Source: Candidatus Methylomirabilia bacterium (GTDB taxonomy: Bacteria; Methylomirabilota; Methylomirabilia; Rokubacteriales; CSP1-6). From it: a DNA stretch of 23,176 nucleotides. Positions 1 to 11,251 of the stretch are shown here, piece by piece. A program made the translations under genes and the position numbers. Location: positions 1-23,176 of the forward strand of contig JBGPXN010000066.1 in NCBI GenBank assembly GCA_041492755.1, written 5' to 3'. The notes beneath the pieces are model-generated. The model ran no database searches. It was not told where the DNA came from and saw only the letters and a program-made list of their open reading frames with translations. Positions within the stretch are counted from its first letter, which is position 1. Each line of letters opens with the position of its first letter.

Positions 1-1
1 C

Positions 2-2965
<2,964 letters not shown>

Positions 2966-3019
2966 ACCGGGTCGACCACGACAAGACTGAACCGATCAAT
3001 GCGTTCGAGGAGGACCGAC

Positions 3020-3436
3020 ATGCTTCGACGATCGTTCATGCACGGTGTCACCGCGGTTATCTTGACCGTTGGAGTAGTCGCCGGCGCGGCGGCCGAGGAC
3101 CTCAAGGACCTCAAGGTCATCAAGACGCACAAGGCCAAGGACCTGACTGTGACGCTGCTCAGCGAGTCAGGGCAGTGGAAGCCGGGCAAGAACAGCTTCG
3201 TGCTGGAGCTCACCAAGGACACGAAGCCGGTGGACGTCGGCAAGGCCACGCTGAGCACGAGCATGGCGATGCCGGGCATGGCGCCGATGCTCGCGGGCGC
3301 GACGGTGCAACCGGAGGGGCCGGGGCGCTACAAGGGCACGATCAGCTTCGCCGATAGCGGCGACCGGCAAGTGACGGTGACCTGGGACGGGCCGGCGGGC
3401 AAGGGCTCGACCAGGTTCTCCGTCCCCGTGCGGTGA
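3020..3436 (+). CDS. Secreted YtkA/FixH-like beta-sandwich protein with Met-rich MAMPGMAPM segment; probable periplasmic metal-efflux accessory
   Basis: GAGGAGG RBS before ATG 3020, signal peptide ending AAA-E, PGRYKGTISF...GDRQVTVTW pattern; lies between cusA and tolC. Confidence 0.75.
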   Translation: MLRRSFMHGVTAVILTVGVVAGAAAEDLKDLKVIKTHKAKDLTVTLLSESGQWKPGKNSFVLELTKDTKPVDVGKATLSTSMAMPGMAPMLAGATVQPEGPGRYKGTISFADSGDRQVTVTWDGPAGKGSTRFSVPVR

Positions 3437-4737
3437 CGGTCATGGGTCAGCGAGCCGTCATGACGATCGTGCTCCTGGCCGTCGGCCTCTTCGGCGGCAG
3501 CGCGGCCGCGCAGTCCCTTCCGGCGACCGGGACCGCGGTGATGACCGTGGACGAGCTGGTGGCCCAGGCGCTCGCTGACAACCTCGAGCTCCAGGCGGCG
3601 CGTGCCGAGCTCGGCGCGGCCGTTGGACGCGTGCGCCAGGCGGGATTACGACCGAACCCGACCCTGGATCTGGGATTCCAGAAGGCGCTCGGGCCCGACA
3701 ACAACCTCATGGTCGGCGTTACGCTACCGCTCGACCTCAACGGGCGCAAAGCGGGACGGGTGGGCGTGGCCGAGCGCGAGTTGGATCTCAAGCGCGCCCA
3801 GCTCGCCGCGCGCGCGCGCCGCCTTCGCGCCGAGGTGCGCATGAAGGCTGGCGAAGTGCTCGCGGTCCGCCGCACGCTTGCCACGACCGAAGCGTTGCTT
3901 GCCGCCAACCGGCGTGCCCTGGAGCTGGTGCGCAACCGTGTCCGAGAGGGCGCGGCGCCGCAGATCGACGAGAACTTTCAACTGCTGGAGGTCAACCGTC
4001 TGGAGGCCGCCGCGGTCGCCCAGCGCGGTCGACTCGAGGTCTTTGGCCTTCAGCTCCGCGCGGTAGCCGGGTTGGCGGCGGGGCCGCCGCTGGAGTTGGC
4101 GGGTGATCTCGCCAGCGCGCCGGTGGGACTCGATGCCGGCGTCGCCGTACAGGAGGCTCTCACGCGGCGGCCGGATGCGGCGGTGGCGCGAGCCGAGGCC
4201 GCCACGGCGGCAGCGCGAGTGCGCAAGGAGGAAGCCGAGGCGCGTTGGGACGCCAGCGTGAACGTCGGCTATCAGCGTCAGGATTTTGGTTTCGACCTGA
4301 TGGGGATCACGGAGGGCGGCGCCCGGCGTCCGATCCAGGACGTCTTCCACTACTTCGGGACCGGCGTGACGATCACGCTGCCCGTCCGCAACCGCAACCA
4401 GGGCAACATCGCGGCCGCCCGGGCCGAGACGCGCGCCGCCGAGCGCCGGCAAGAGCTGACCGACCTCACGATCCGCCAGGAGATCGCGGCGGCCTTCGCC
4501 CAGGACGCCGCCGCCCGCCGCGCCGTCGACCTGTACGAGCGCGGCGTGCGCCCGGTCGCAGGGCGCAACCTCGACGTGGTTCGCCAGGCCTACGAGCTCG
4601 GGCGCGGCTCGTTGCTCGACGTCATCGCCGAGCAGCGGCGGTTCCTCGAGGTCGAGACCGGTTACACGGACGCGTTGAAGCAGGTGTACGACGCGGGAGT
4701 CGAGATCGAGCGCGCGCTCGGGCGGTCAGTGCGGTGA
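3433..4737 (+). CDS. TolC/CzcC-family outer membrane efflux protein
   Basis: Signal peptide, AGLRPNP, TLPVRNRNQGNI and AYELGRGSLLDV motifs; GTGA overlap with the upstream stop (alternative ATG at 3442). Confidence 0.92.
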   Translation: MTVMGQRAVMTIVLLAVGLFGGSAAAQSLPATGTAVMTVDELVAQALADNLELQAARAELGAAVGRVRQAGLRPNPTLDLGFQKALGPDNNLMVGVTLPLDLNGRKAGRVGVAERELDLKRAQLAARARRLRAEVRMKAGEVLAVRRTLATTEALLAANRRALELVRNRVREGAAPQIDENFQLLEVNRLEAAAVAQRGRLEVFGLQLRAVAGLAAGPPLELAGDLASAPVGLDAGVAVQEALTRRPDAAVARAEAATAAARVRKEEAEARWDASVNVGYQRQDFGFDLMGITEGGARRPIQDVFHYFGTGVTITLPVRNRNQGNIAAARAETRAAERRQELTDLTIRQEIAAAFAQDAAARRAVDLYERGVRPVAGRNLDVVRQAYELGRGSLLDVIAEQRRFLEVETGYTDALKQVYDAGVEIERALGRSVR

Positions 4738-6056
4738 GGCACGACGGGATGGTCGACGACCGTAGCGACGACGTCGAGCCGCCGCGGAGGCCGAAGCTGT
4801 GGCCGGTGCGGTGGGTCGCCGCCGTGATGCTCGCCGTGGCATTGATCGGCATCGGCGGACTGGCAGGCGTCGTGTGGAGCGAGCGTCGCGCGGCACGCAT
4901 CCACGCGACGTCCCCCACGCCGTCCGGCAAGAGCAGCGCGGCCGAGGGACCCACCATGCCAGCGGCATCGGCGAGCGGCACCCGCGCGGCACCCCCGGCC
5001 GAGGAGCCCGTCGAGGTGACCCTTTCTGCCGAAGCCCTGAGCCGGGTGGGTCTGAAACTCGCCGAAGCGCGAGTGGCGACCGCCCGCTCGATTCTCACCG
5101 TACCGGGCACGGTGTTCTCGAACGCGTACCGCGACACGAAGGTGAACACGCTGGTTGGGGGCGTCGTGCGGCGCGTGGACGTCGAACTTGGCAGCGCGGT
5201 TCGGCGCGGCGCGCCGATGGCGGTCGTCTTCAGCGCGGAGCTCGCCGACGCCCAGATGAAGTACGTCTCGATGCAGGCCATGCTCGGTGCGGATCATCAG
5301 AAGCTCGAGCGGACGCGCAAGCTCGTCGCGCTGGGAGCGGCAAGCCGTCAGGAGCTGGAGGAGATCGCCGCACTCCACGCGGCGCACGCTACGGAGGTGG
5401 CCGCCTATCGCCAGAGGCTCCTGCTCCTGGACCTCGGCGCCGACCAGGTGGCCCGCCTCACGGACGCCACTCACGTGGTGTCGGAAGTCGTCGTGCCGGC
5501 GCCGGCGGACGGGGTCGTCGTGACCCGCACGGTAAACCCGGGGCAAGTGGTCAACGCGGGTCAGGATCTTTTCGTGGTCACGGATCTCTCGACGGTGTGG
5601 ATCATCGGCGACGTCTATGAGAATGACTTCGCCGCCGTGACGATCGGTGCGCCGGCCACCGTCACAGTCCCCGCGACGTCGGGACAGGCACTACGTGGCC
5701 GCGTCGCGTACATCGACCCGCGCGTGGACGCTGCGACCCGGACGGCGAAAGTCCGCGTGGAGGTTCCCAACAATGGTGGCGCGCTCCGGCTCGGGATGTA
5801 CGTCCAGGTAAGCTTCCAGACGGCACGCGGCCCCCTGCAGACCGTCATCCCGCGTGCCGCTGTACAGGCGTTGGGTGCCCGCTCCGTCGTGTACGTCGCG
5901 ACTGGGGACGAGGGGCGCTTCGAAGAGCGTCGCGTGAAGCTCGGCCCGGTCATCGGTGAGGACGTCGAAGTTCTCGAAGGCGTCAAGGCGGGCGAGCGGG
6001 TGGTGGCCGAGGGCAGCTTCTTTTTGCGCGCCGAGGCCGCGCGCACGCGTCGGTGA
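4734..6056 (+). CDS. CusB/CzcB-type RND periplasmic adaptor subunit
   Basis: N-terminal TM helix, APADGVV...VNPGQVV, DLSTVWI, YIDPRVDAATRT, GVKAGERVVAEG. Start is GTG 4734 (overlapping the tolC stop) or ATG 4749; the ORF-track extension from 4245 lies inside tolC. Confidence 0.92.
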   Translation: MRHDGMVDDRSDDVEPPRRPKLWPVRWVAAVMLAVALIGIGGLAGVVWSERRAARIHATSPTPSGKSSAAEGPTMPAASASGTRAAPPAEEPVEVTLSAEALSRVGLKLAEARVATARSILTVPGTVFSNAYRDTKVNTLVGGVVRRVDVELGSAVRRGAPMAVVFSAELADAQMKYVSMQAMLGADHQKLERTRKLVALGAASRQELEEIAALHAAHATEVAAYRQRLLLLDLGADQVARLTDATHVVSEVVVPAPADGVVVTRTVNPGQVVNAGQDLFVVTDLSTVWIIGDVYENDFAAVTIGAPATVTVPATSGQALRGRVAYIDPRVDAATRTAKVRVEVPNNGGALRLGMYVQVSFQTARGPLQTVIPRAAVQALGARSVVYVATGDEGRFEERRVKLGPVIGEDVEVLEGVKAGERVVAEGSFFLRAEAARTRR

Positions 6057-6081
6057 GTGCCCTGGTTGATTCCACCTCCGC

Positions 6082-6124
6082 CGTCGCCGGGAAGGTCCGC
6101 GCCTCGCGCGGGCCTCCGGCGACG
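6082..6124. terminator. Long GC-rich hairpin between convergent genes, probable terminator or mRNA 3' stabiliser
   Basis: CGTCGCCGG (6082-6090) pairs with CCGGCGACG (6116-6124); AGGTCCGCGC (6093-6102) pairs with GCGCGGGCCT (6106-6115, one G-U); loop CTC; no U-tract. Confidence 0.55.
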
Positions 6125-6126
6125 CG

Positions 6127-6456
6127 CTATCTCGACGCATACATCATGACCCCGATCCCAGCCACGCATAGCGCCGCACCGGTCAGCTTGAATCGGTCCG
6201 GCGCGACGCCATCGAACGCCCACCCCCATGCCAGGGACGGCGCCACGAAGACGCCGCCGTACGCCGCGTACACGCGCCCGAAGTGTGCGGGCTGGTAGGT
6301 CGGGACGACGCCGTAAGCGACGAGGAGCGCCGCACCGGCGACGCCGAGCGCCCAGTGGCTGCCGTGGCGCCAGGCTCGCCACACGAGATAATCGCCGCTG
6401 ATCTCGAAGAGCGCGGCAAGTCCGAACAAGCCGAGTGAGAGGGCGATCGTCTTCAT
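6127..6456 (-). CDS. ynfA: YnfA-family (UPF0060, SMR-like) small membrane protein
   Basis: AALFEISGDYLVW, FGRVYAAYGGVFV and DGVAPDRF signatures; GGAGG RBS before ATG 6456; 109 aa. Confidence 0.92.
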   Translation of the reverse strand: MKTIALSLGLFGLAALFEISGDYLVWRAWRHGSHWALGVAGAALLVAYGVVPTYQPAHFGRVYAAYGGVFVAPSLAWGWAFDGVAPDRFKLTGAALCVAGIGVMMYASR

Positions 6457-6487
6457 GGCAGCCTCCGGCGGCGTGCGGTGTGCGCGG

Positions 6488-7531
6488 TCAGTGGCGATGG
6501 CGGTGGTGCAGGTCGGGGTAGTGGGGATGCCGATGCGCCAGGTGCTCATGGACGTGCCAGTGCACGTGGGATTCGCCGGCCGATCTCCCCGGGGGATGGT
6601 CGTGCTGGTGGTGCACGTCATGGCGATGCTGATGGCTGTGTGCCATCGGTTCGTGGGCGTGGTGATGGTCGTGGCGTTCGCTCAGGTGGAGCCAAACGCC
6701 TACCGCCATGAGTGCGCCGCCCGCGAGGAGGCCGCCGCTGACAGCCTCGCCGAAGGCCACGACGCTCGCCGCCGCTCCGACGAAGGGCGCGGTCGAGAAG
6801 TACGCGCCCGTCCGAGCGGCCCCGAGGTGGCGCAGGGCGAGCACGAAGAACACGAGGCTGGTGCCATAGCCGAGGAGGCCGATGACGCCGGCACCGATGA
6901 CCACGGGCACCGGCGGTATGGTGGCGCCGTGCAGGGTCGCGAGCGCAATGTTGATCGCACCGGCGACGCCGCCTTTGAGCGCGGCGATTTCGACGGCTCC
7001 GGCGCTGGCCACACGCCGCGTGAGGTTGTTGTCGATGGCCCACGCGAGGCACGCGCCGGCCACGAGGGCGGCAGAGCGGTCGATCGCGACACCGGTGCTG
7101 GCCCAGCTCAGTACGGCCGCGCCAGCGGCGATGGCCGCCATGCCGGTCGCGATACGGGCGTCGACGTGCTCGCGGGCGACGCCCCAGGCGATGAGCGCCG
7201 TGAAGACACCTTCCAGGTTCAGCAGTAGCGCGGCCTGGGCCGCGCTGCCATCCGCGAGGGCGAGCATCAGGAGCACCGGACCGATGACGCCGCCGGAGAG
7301 CACCGCGCCGGCGAGCCAAGGCAACTCTGTCGCCGTGAGCCCGAACAATGGTCGGCCGCGCAGCCACGCGGCCAGACGGACGGCGCCGAGACCGAACCCG
7401 GAGCCGAGATAGAGCAGTCCAGCCAGAAGCCATGGATCGGCGACGCCGACGAGCCACTTCGCCGCGGGGGTGCTCAGGCCGAAGAGGACCGCCGCGGCGA
7501 GGGCGAGCGCGGGGCCAACATTCCGGACCAT
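6488..7531 (-). CDS. EamA/DMT-family transporter with His-rich C-terminal tail
   Basis: AAVLFGLSTPAAK, LLLNLEGVFTA, WAIDNNLTR and ARTGAYFSTAPF; 25 His in the last 61 residues. Start is ATG 7531 or 7543. Confidence 0.9.
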   Translation of the reverse strand: MVRNVGPALALAAAVLFGLSTPAAKWLVGVADPWLLAGLLYLGSGFGLGAVRLAAWLRGRPLFGLTATELPWLAGAVLSGGVIGPVLLMLALADGSAAQAALLLNLEGVFTALIAWGVAREHVDARIATGMAAIAAGAAVLSWASTGVAIDRSAALVAGACLAWAIDNNLTRRVASAGAVEIAALKGGVAGAINIALATLHGATIPPVPVVIGAGVIGLLGYGTSLVFFVLALRHLGAARTGAYFSTAPFVGAAASVVAFGEAVSGGLLAGGALMAVGVWLHLSERHDHHHAHEPMAHSHQHRHDVHHQHDHPPGRSAGESHVHWHVHEHLAHRHPHYPDLHHRHRH

Positions 7532-7679
7532 GACCCTCACCATACCGCGCGTGAGGCCCTGCCGCCGGCGTCTGCGTGAAGTATCTTGCCGAGCCTCCCC
7601 AGGCGACCCAGACTGTACGGCGCCGACGCCGAAGGACAGGTACGTGACCGGTTGCGGATCGGCAGAACGGGGGACGAGC

Positions 7680-7754
7680 ATGGCGCAATTCAACGTTCCG
7701 AACGCGGCATTCGAGTCAGACGTCCGAGAGAGTTTTGCCGGTATTCGAGACTGA
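7680..7754 (+). pseudogene. Possible N-terminal remnant of a PaaI-family thioesterase (24 aa)
   Basis: MAQFNVPNAAFESDVRESFA resembles, from recall, the F.P.NP.FE..VR.SFARQ start of PaaI thioesterases; GGGGGA RBS; stops after 24 codons. Confidence 0.3.
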
Positions 7755-7793
7755 CGCGACTCCTCCCAGGTCCTCACGCCAGTCCGGTACCGC

Positions 7794-7824
7794 TTGACCC
7801 TCCAGCGACTGGAAGGTTCATAGT
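7794..7824 (+). promoter_or_regulatory. MerR/CueR-type promoter-operator with 19-bp spacer
   Basis: TTGACC (7794-7799), 19 bp, CATAGT (7819-7824); dyad ACCCTCC-N7-GGAAGGT (7797-7817), one mismatch to the CueR consensus ACCTTCC-N7-GGAAGGT. Confidence 0.85.
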
Positions 7825-7856
7825 CCGCATCGCCACACCAACAGGAGGTCGCCACG

Positions 7857-8264
7857 ATGGCGCGCATGTTCACCATCGGCCAGGTCGCAAAGGCGGCGGG
7901 CGTGCCAGCCAAGACGATCCGGTACTACGAGGACGCGGGCGTCCTGCCGCGCACGGCCCGCAGCGTCAACGGATATCGACAGTACGGCGACCGGGAGGTG
8001 GACTGCATTCGGTTCGTCCGCCGCGCCCGTGGGCTCGGGCTGTCGCTCGAGCAGGTGCGCAAGCTCACGGCGGTGCTGCACGGCGACTCCGGCACGAGGA
8101 TGCGTCCGATCTTGCGCGCGCTCGTCGGCACTCAGCTCTCCGCCGTCCGGCAACACCGTGGCGAGCTACGGCTCCTCCAGCGCCAGCTCGAAGACGTCCA
8201 GCGGCGGCTCCGGAGACGAGCGCCGGCCAGTCGCAACGGAGCCTGCCGCTGCCTCGAGAGGTGA
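7857..8264 (+). CDS. MerR-family transcriptional regulator (CueR-like DNA-binding domain, C-terminal CRC)
   Basis: TIGQVAKAAGVPAKTIRYYE...NGYRQY and FVRRARGLGLSLEQV; AGGAGG RBS. Confidence 0.93.
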   Translation: MARMFTIGQVAKAAGVPAKTIRYYEDAGVLPRTARSVNGYRQYGDREVDCIRFVRRARGLGLSLEQVRKLTAVLHGDSGTRMRPILRALVGTQLSAVRQHRGELRLLQRQLEDVQRRLRRRAPASRNGACRCLER

Positions 8265-9463
8265 CGGGACGCGCCGCGCCGTTCGCGGTCCTGGCTGCCG
8301 CGTTTCTGTTCAACCTGGGGCAGGGCGTGCTCCGCCCATCCCTGCCGATCTATCTGCAGCACACCTTCGGCGCGAGCTACCGCATGGTGACGGTCATCCC
8401 GACGCTCTTCGGCGCGGCGAAATGGACCGCGCGACTGCCGTCCGCCTACCTGCAGGAGCGCTGGGGGCGAACGCCGGTCATGGCGCTCGGTCTGCTCCTG
8501 ATTGCGTGCAGCGACGTCGCTTCGGTCATGACCGGGCACTACGGCGTCTTCCTGGGCTGGCGCACCGTGGCGGGGATCGGATGGGCGCTGTTCGGCACGG
8601 TGGCGACCACCACGATCGTGAGCCGTCCCGCGGGCGAGCGTCGGGGCCGGGCGATCAGCGCCCTCTTGATCAGCGAGAGCCTCGGCCTGCTCGTGGGCAG
8701 TGCAGCCGGGGGATCGCTCTATCAGAACGTAGGCCTGGCGAGCCCGTTCTTCTTCGAAGCAGCGTGCATGGTCGTCGCCGCCACGACGATCGTGTGGTGG
8801 GCGCGCGCCGGCGTGGAAGGCTCCACCATGGCCACTCGCGCCGGGCGCACGTGGCAGGTCATGGGCGCTGTGCTGCGCGTGCCCACGGTACTCCTGATGA
8901 GTCTGGTCGGGGCCGCGCTCATCGCGATTCAGACTGGTCTCCTCGTGTTTCTGTACCCCTTGTATCTGGTCGAACGGGGGCAGTTGGCGCCGCAGATGGT
9001 TGGGCACCTGGTCAGCCTGAGCGTCGCCGGCCGGCTCGGCGGGCTCTGGCTGGGCGGGCGAATGTCCGACCGTGTGGACCGGATGGTGGTCCTCGCGGTC
9101 GGCCTCGTCGGCTACGGCGCCATCGTTGCCGGTGTTCCGGCCATGACCCATCCGGGCGTGCTTGCCGTGTGGAGCGTCTTGATCGGCGCCGGCGGCGGTT
9201 TCGTCGCGGGTCTCCCGACGGCGATCGTGGCCGATCGCGTCGGCCCGCCTGCGCAGGCGCTCGCGATTGGCTGCTTGCTGACGGCGATGGACACCGGGAT
9301 GCTGATTGGCCCGCTTGTCATGGGTGAGCTGGCGCACGCAATCGACCTGTCCGCGCCGTTCCTGTTCGCTGGGATGCTGCTCGGCGCGCTCGCCTGGTGG
9401 TGCCGGCGGCAGGCGTCTTTCGCAGCAGCGCCGCCGACCACGCGTGGAGCGGAGGGCCCATGA
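8261..9463 (+). CDS. MFS transporter
   Basis: About 12 hydrophobic segments; ERWGRTPV, ERRGRA and GRMSDRVDR motifs; GTG 8261 overlaps the merR stop. Confidence 0.9.
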   Translation: MTGRAAPFAVLAAAFLFNLGQGVLRPSLPIYLQHTFGASYRMVTVIPTLFGAAKWTARLPSAYLQERWGRTPVMALGLLLIACSDVASVMTGHYGVFLGWRTVAGIGWALFGTVATTTIVSRPAGERRGRAISALLISESLGLLVGSAAGGSLYQNVGLASPFFFEAACMVVAATTIVWWARAGVEGSTMATRAGRTWQVMGAVLRVPTVLLMSLVGAALIAIQTGLLVFLYPLYLVERGQLAPQMVGHLVSLSVAGRLGGLWLGGRMSDRVDRMVVLAVGLVGYGAIVAGVPAMTHPGVLAVWSVLIGAGGGFVAGLPTAIVADRVGPPAQALAIGCLLTAMDTGMLIGPLVMGELAHAIDLSAPFLFAGMLLGALAWWCRRQASFAAAPPTTRGAEGP

Positions 9464-9786
9464 CGCCGGAGACTGGTCGCGTGTTGGTGGTGGTCGCGCA
9501 TCCCGACGACGCGGAGTTCGGCGCCGGTGGGACGGTGGCGAGGCTGCATGAGCCGCACAAGGTGCGTGAGGTCTACCTGGTCCAGTGGGAGCAGCCCGGG
9601 GTGGTCGGCGACATCACGGCCACGATGGACCTGAAGCTGGAGGCCGTCCGCTGCCACGCGAGTCAGGTCGCGGACGTTCAAGCCGTGGAAGCGCGCGTAC
9701 GGCACCGCGCGGCGGCGCTCGGTCAACCGAAGGGCTACGCGTACGCCGAGGGGTTCGACCAGGTCGTCCTCCCCGGAGTACCCTAG
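9460..9786 (+). pseudogene. PIG-L/LmbE-family deacetylase with large in-frame internal deletion (108 aa)
   Basis: N-terminal VVVAHPDDAEFGAGGTVARL is joined directly to C-terminal HEPHKVREVY...DITATMDLKLEAVRCHASQ...YAEGF. The central RxxE and HxDH motifs are absent. Confidence 0.8.
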
Positions 9787-9801
9787 CTCTCCGACCTCGC
9801 G

Positions 9802-9831
9802 TTGACACTCGTCGTGACGCTGCACTAAGGT
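9802..9831 (+). promoter_or_regulatory. Putative sigma70 promoter for the DinB-type gene
   Basis: TTGACA (9802-9807), 18 bp, TAAGGT (9826-9831), 54 bp upstream of ATG 9886. Confidence 0.55.
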
Positions 9832-9885
9832 TGCGTCCGTCCCATCCAGTTGGTAACGCCCAACGCCACCGCGAGGAGAAGCCCG

Positions 9886-10323
9886 ATGAGCGTAGATCGA
9901 TCATACATAGGCCGCAACACCGCATCGCGGGAGCGGCTGCAGACGCTCGTCGGACGTCTTCGAGACGCTGACTTCGGACGCGACGCAGGTGGAGGCTGGA
10001 CCATCGGAGCACTGCTCGCGCACGTAGCGTTCTGGGACCGCTACGTGACTACCCGGCTCAGTCGGTGGAAGAAGCGAGGCTTTGAAAGCACGGCCCTGGA
10101 CCCCGACCCGATCAACGACGCGGCGCTGCCTGGTTGGCGGGCGATACCGGGTCGGGCCGCCACTGCGGAAGCCCTGGCGGCTGCGGATGAGTGCGACGCC
10201 CGAACTGCCGGTGTGGCCGACGATCTAGCTGCTGCCATCCTGGCGGCAGGACGCTTGCGCGTCCTCGACCGATCGATCCATCGTGGCGAGCATATCGATC
10301 AGATGGAGCACGCGCTGAAGTAA
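9886..10323 (+). CDS. DinB/YfiT/MDMPI-N superfamily protein (putative metal-dependent thiol transferase)
   Basis: GGWTIGALLAHVAFWD and C-terminal IHRGEHIDQM His triad; GAGGAG RBS before ATG 9886. Confidence 0.85.
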   Translation: MSVDRSYIGRNTASRERLQTLVGRLRDADFGRDAGGGWTIGALLAHVAFWDRYVTTRLSRWKKRGFESTALDPDPINDAALPGWRAIPGRAATAEALAAADECDARTAGVADDLAAAILAAGRLRVLDRSIHRGEHIDQMEHALK

Positions 10324-10345
10324 ACAATTGGCCGCTCGCGCAGTT

Positions 10346-10537
10346 CTATCTACCACCAGCCTGCCCGACCGCCGCGCGGAGCTTCGCCGCGATCTCCGGG
10401 GGAATCGTCGCCATCCCGTGATCCTTTCTGGCGTGCTGAGTCATGTTTGCGACGATCGCGTCGGTGTCGTGGCCTTCCGCCACGAACGTACAGGTGCAGC
10501 CGGGCATCAGATCCGCACACCGCAGTTGTCTCGCCAT
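10346..10537 (-). CDS. DUF1059-family small putative metal-binding protein
   Basis: LRCADLMPGCTCTFVAEG...QHARKDHGM pattern; AGGAGA RBS inside the upstream gene's 3' end. Confidence 0.85.
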   Translation of the reverse strand: MARQLRCADLMPGCTCTFVAEGHDTDAIVANMTQHARKDHGMATIPPEIAAKLRAAVGQAGGR

Positions 10538-11250
10538 GCTGACTCTCCTTTGCTGGAAATGGACTTCTCGGGCGATACGAGCAGCCGGCCGTCCTGTACG
10601 CGGCCAACGCGATCGAATCCGTCGATCATGCGCTCGTCGTGGGTGACGGTGATCACCGCCGACTCCTTCTCTCGCGCCAGCCGCCGTAAGTGGTCCATCA
10701 CCGTCTTCCCGCGCTCGGTGTCGAGTGAGGCCGTGGGTTCGTCGGCCAGGATCAGCAGCGGCTCGTTGGCAAGGGCCCGCGCAATGGCGACCCGCTGGCG
10801 TTCTCCGCCGGAGATCCGGGCGGGGTAGCTCCGAGCCCGGTGCTCGATCTGCAAGTAGGCCAGGAGCTCCTGGACCTTGTCGCCGGCCGCCCGGCCGCGC
10901 ACGCCGTTGATGTCCAGAGCCACCCGAACGTTTTCGGCGACCGTGAGGAACGGGATCAGGTTGTGGTGCTGGAAGATGAAGCCGATCTTGCGCCGCCGGA
11001 TCTCCGTGGGATCGGGACCCACCCAGCCATCGTTATAGACTTCCTCGCCATCGATCTCGATCCGACCCGCGGAGGGCTGGCCGATGAGCCCGATCGCGGC
11101 CAGGAGCGTAGACTTGCCTGAGCCGCTCGGCCCGGTGATCGCCACCAGCTGGCCACGTTCCACCGACATCGCGGCGTCCTCGATGCCCACGACGGCCGTA
11201 TCGCCGCTCCCGTAGATCTTGGTCAGCCGCTCGAAGCGAAGCACCGGCAT
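10507..11250 (-). CDS. ABC transporter ATP-binding protein (LolD/MacB-like)
   Basis: Walker A GPSGSGKST, IGFIFQ, ISGGERQRVAIARAL, LADEPTASLD, VTHD. Confidence 0.95.
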   Translation of the reverse strand: MPVLRFERLTKIYGSGDTAVVGIEDAAMSVERGQLVAITGPSGSGKSTLLAAIGLIGQPSAGRIEIDGEEVYNDGWVGPDPTEIRRRKIGFIFQHHNLIPFLTVAENVRVALDINGVRGRAAGDKVQELLAYLQIEHRARSYPARISGGERQRVAIARALANEPLLILADEPTASLDTERGKTVMDHLRRLAREKESAVITVTHDERMIDGFDRVGRVQDGRLLVSPEKSISSKGESAWRDNCGVRI

Positions 11251-11251
11251 C

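Noticed and set aside
4245..4733. N-terminal extension of the RND adaptor
   Set aside because: Lies within tolC in another frame; low-complexity Arg/Gly/Pro translation.
7586..8260. N-terminal extension of the MFS ORF (apparent 625-aa protein)
   Set aside because: Overlaps merR in another frame; the hydrophobic MFS sequence starts at GTG 8261.
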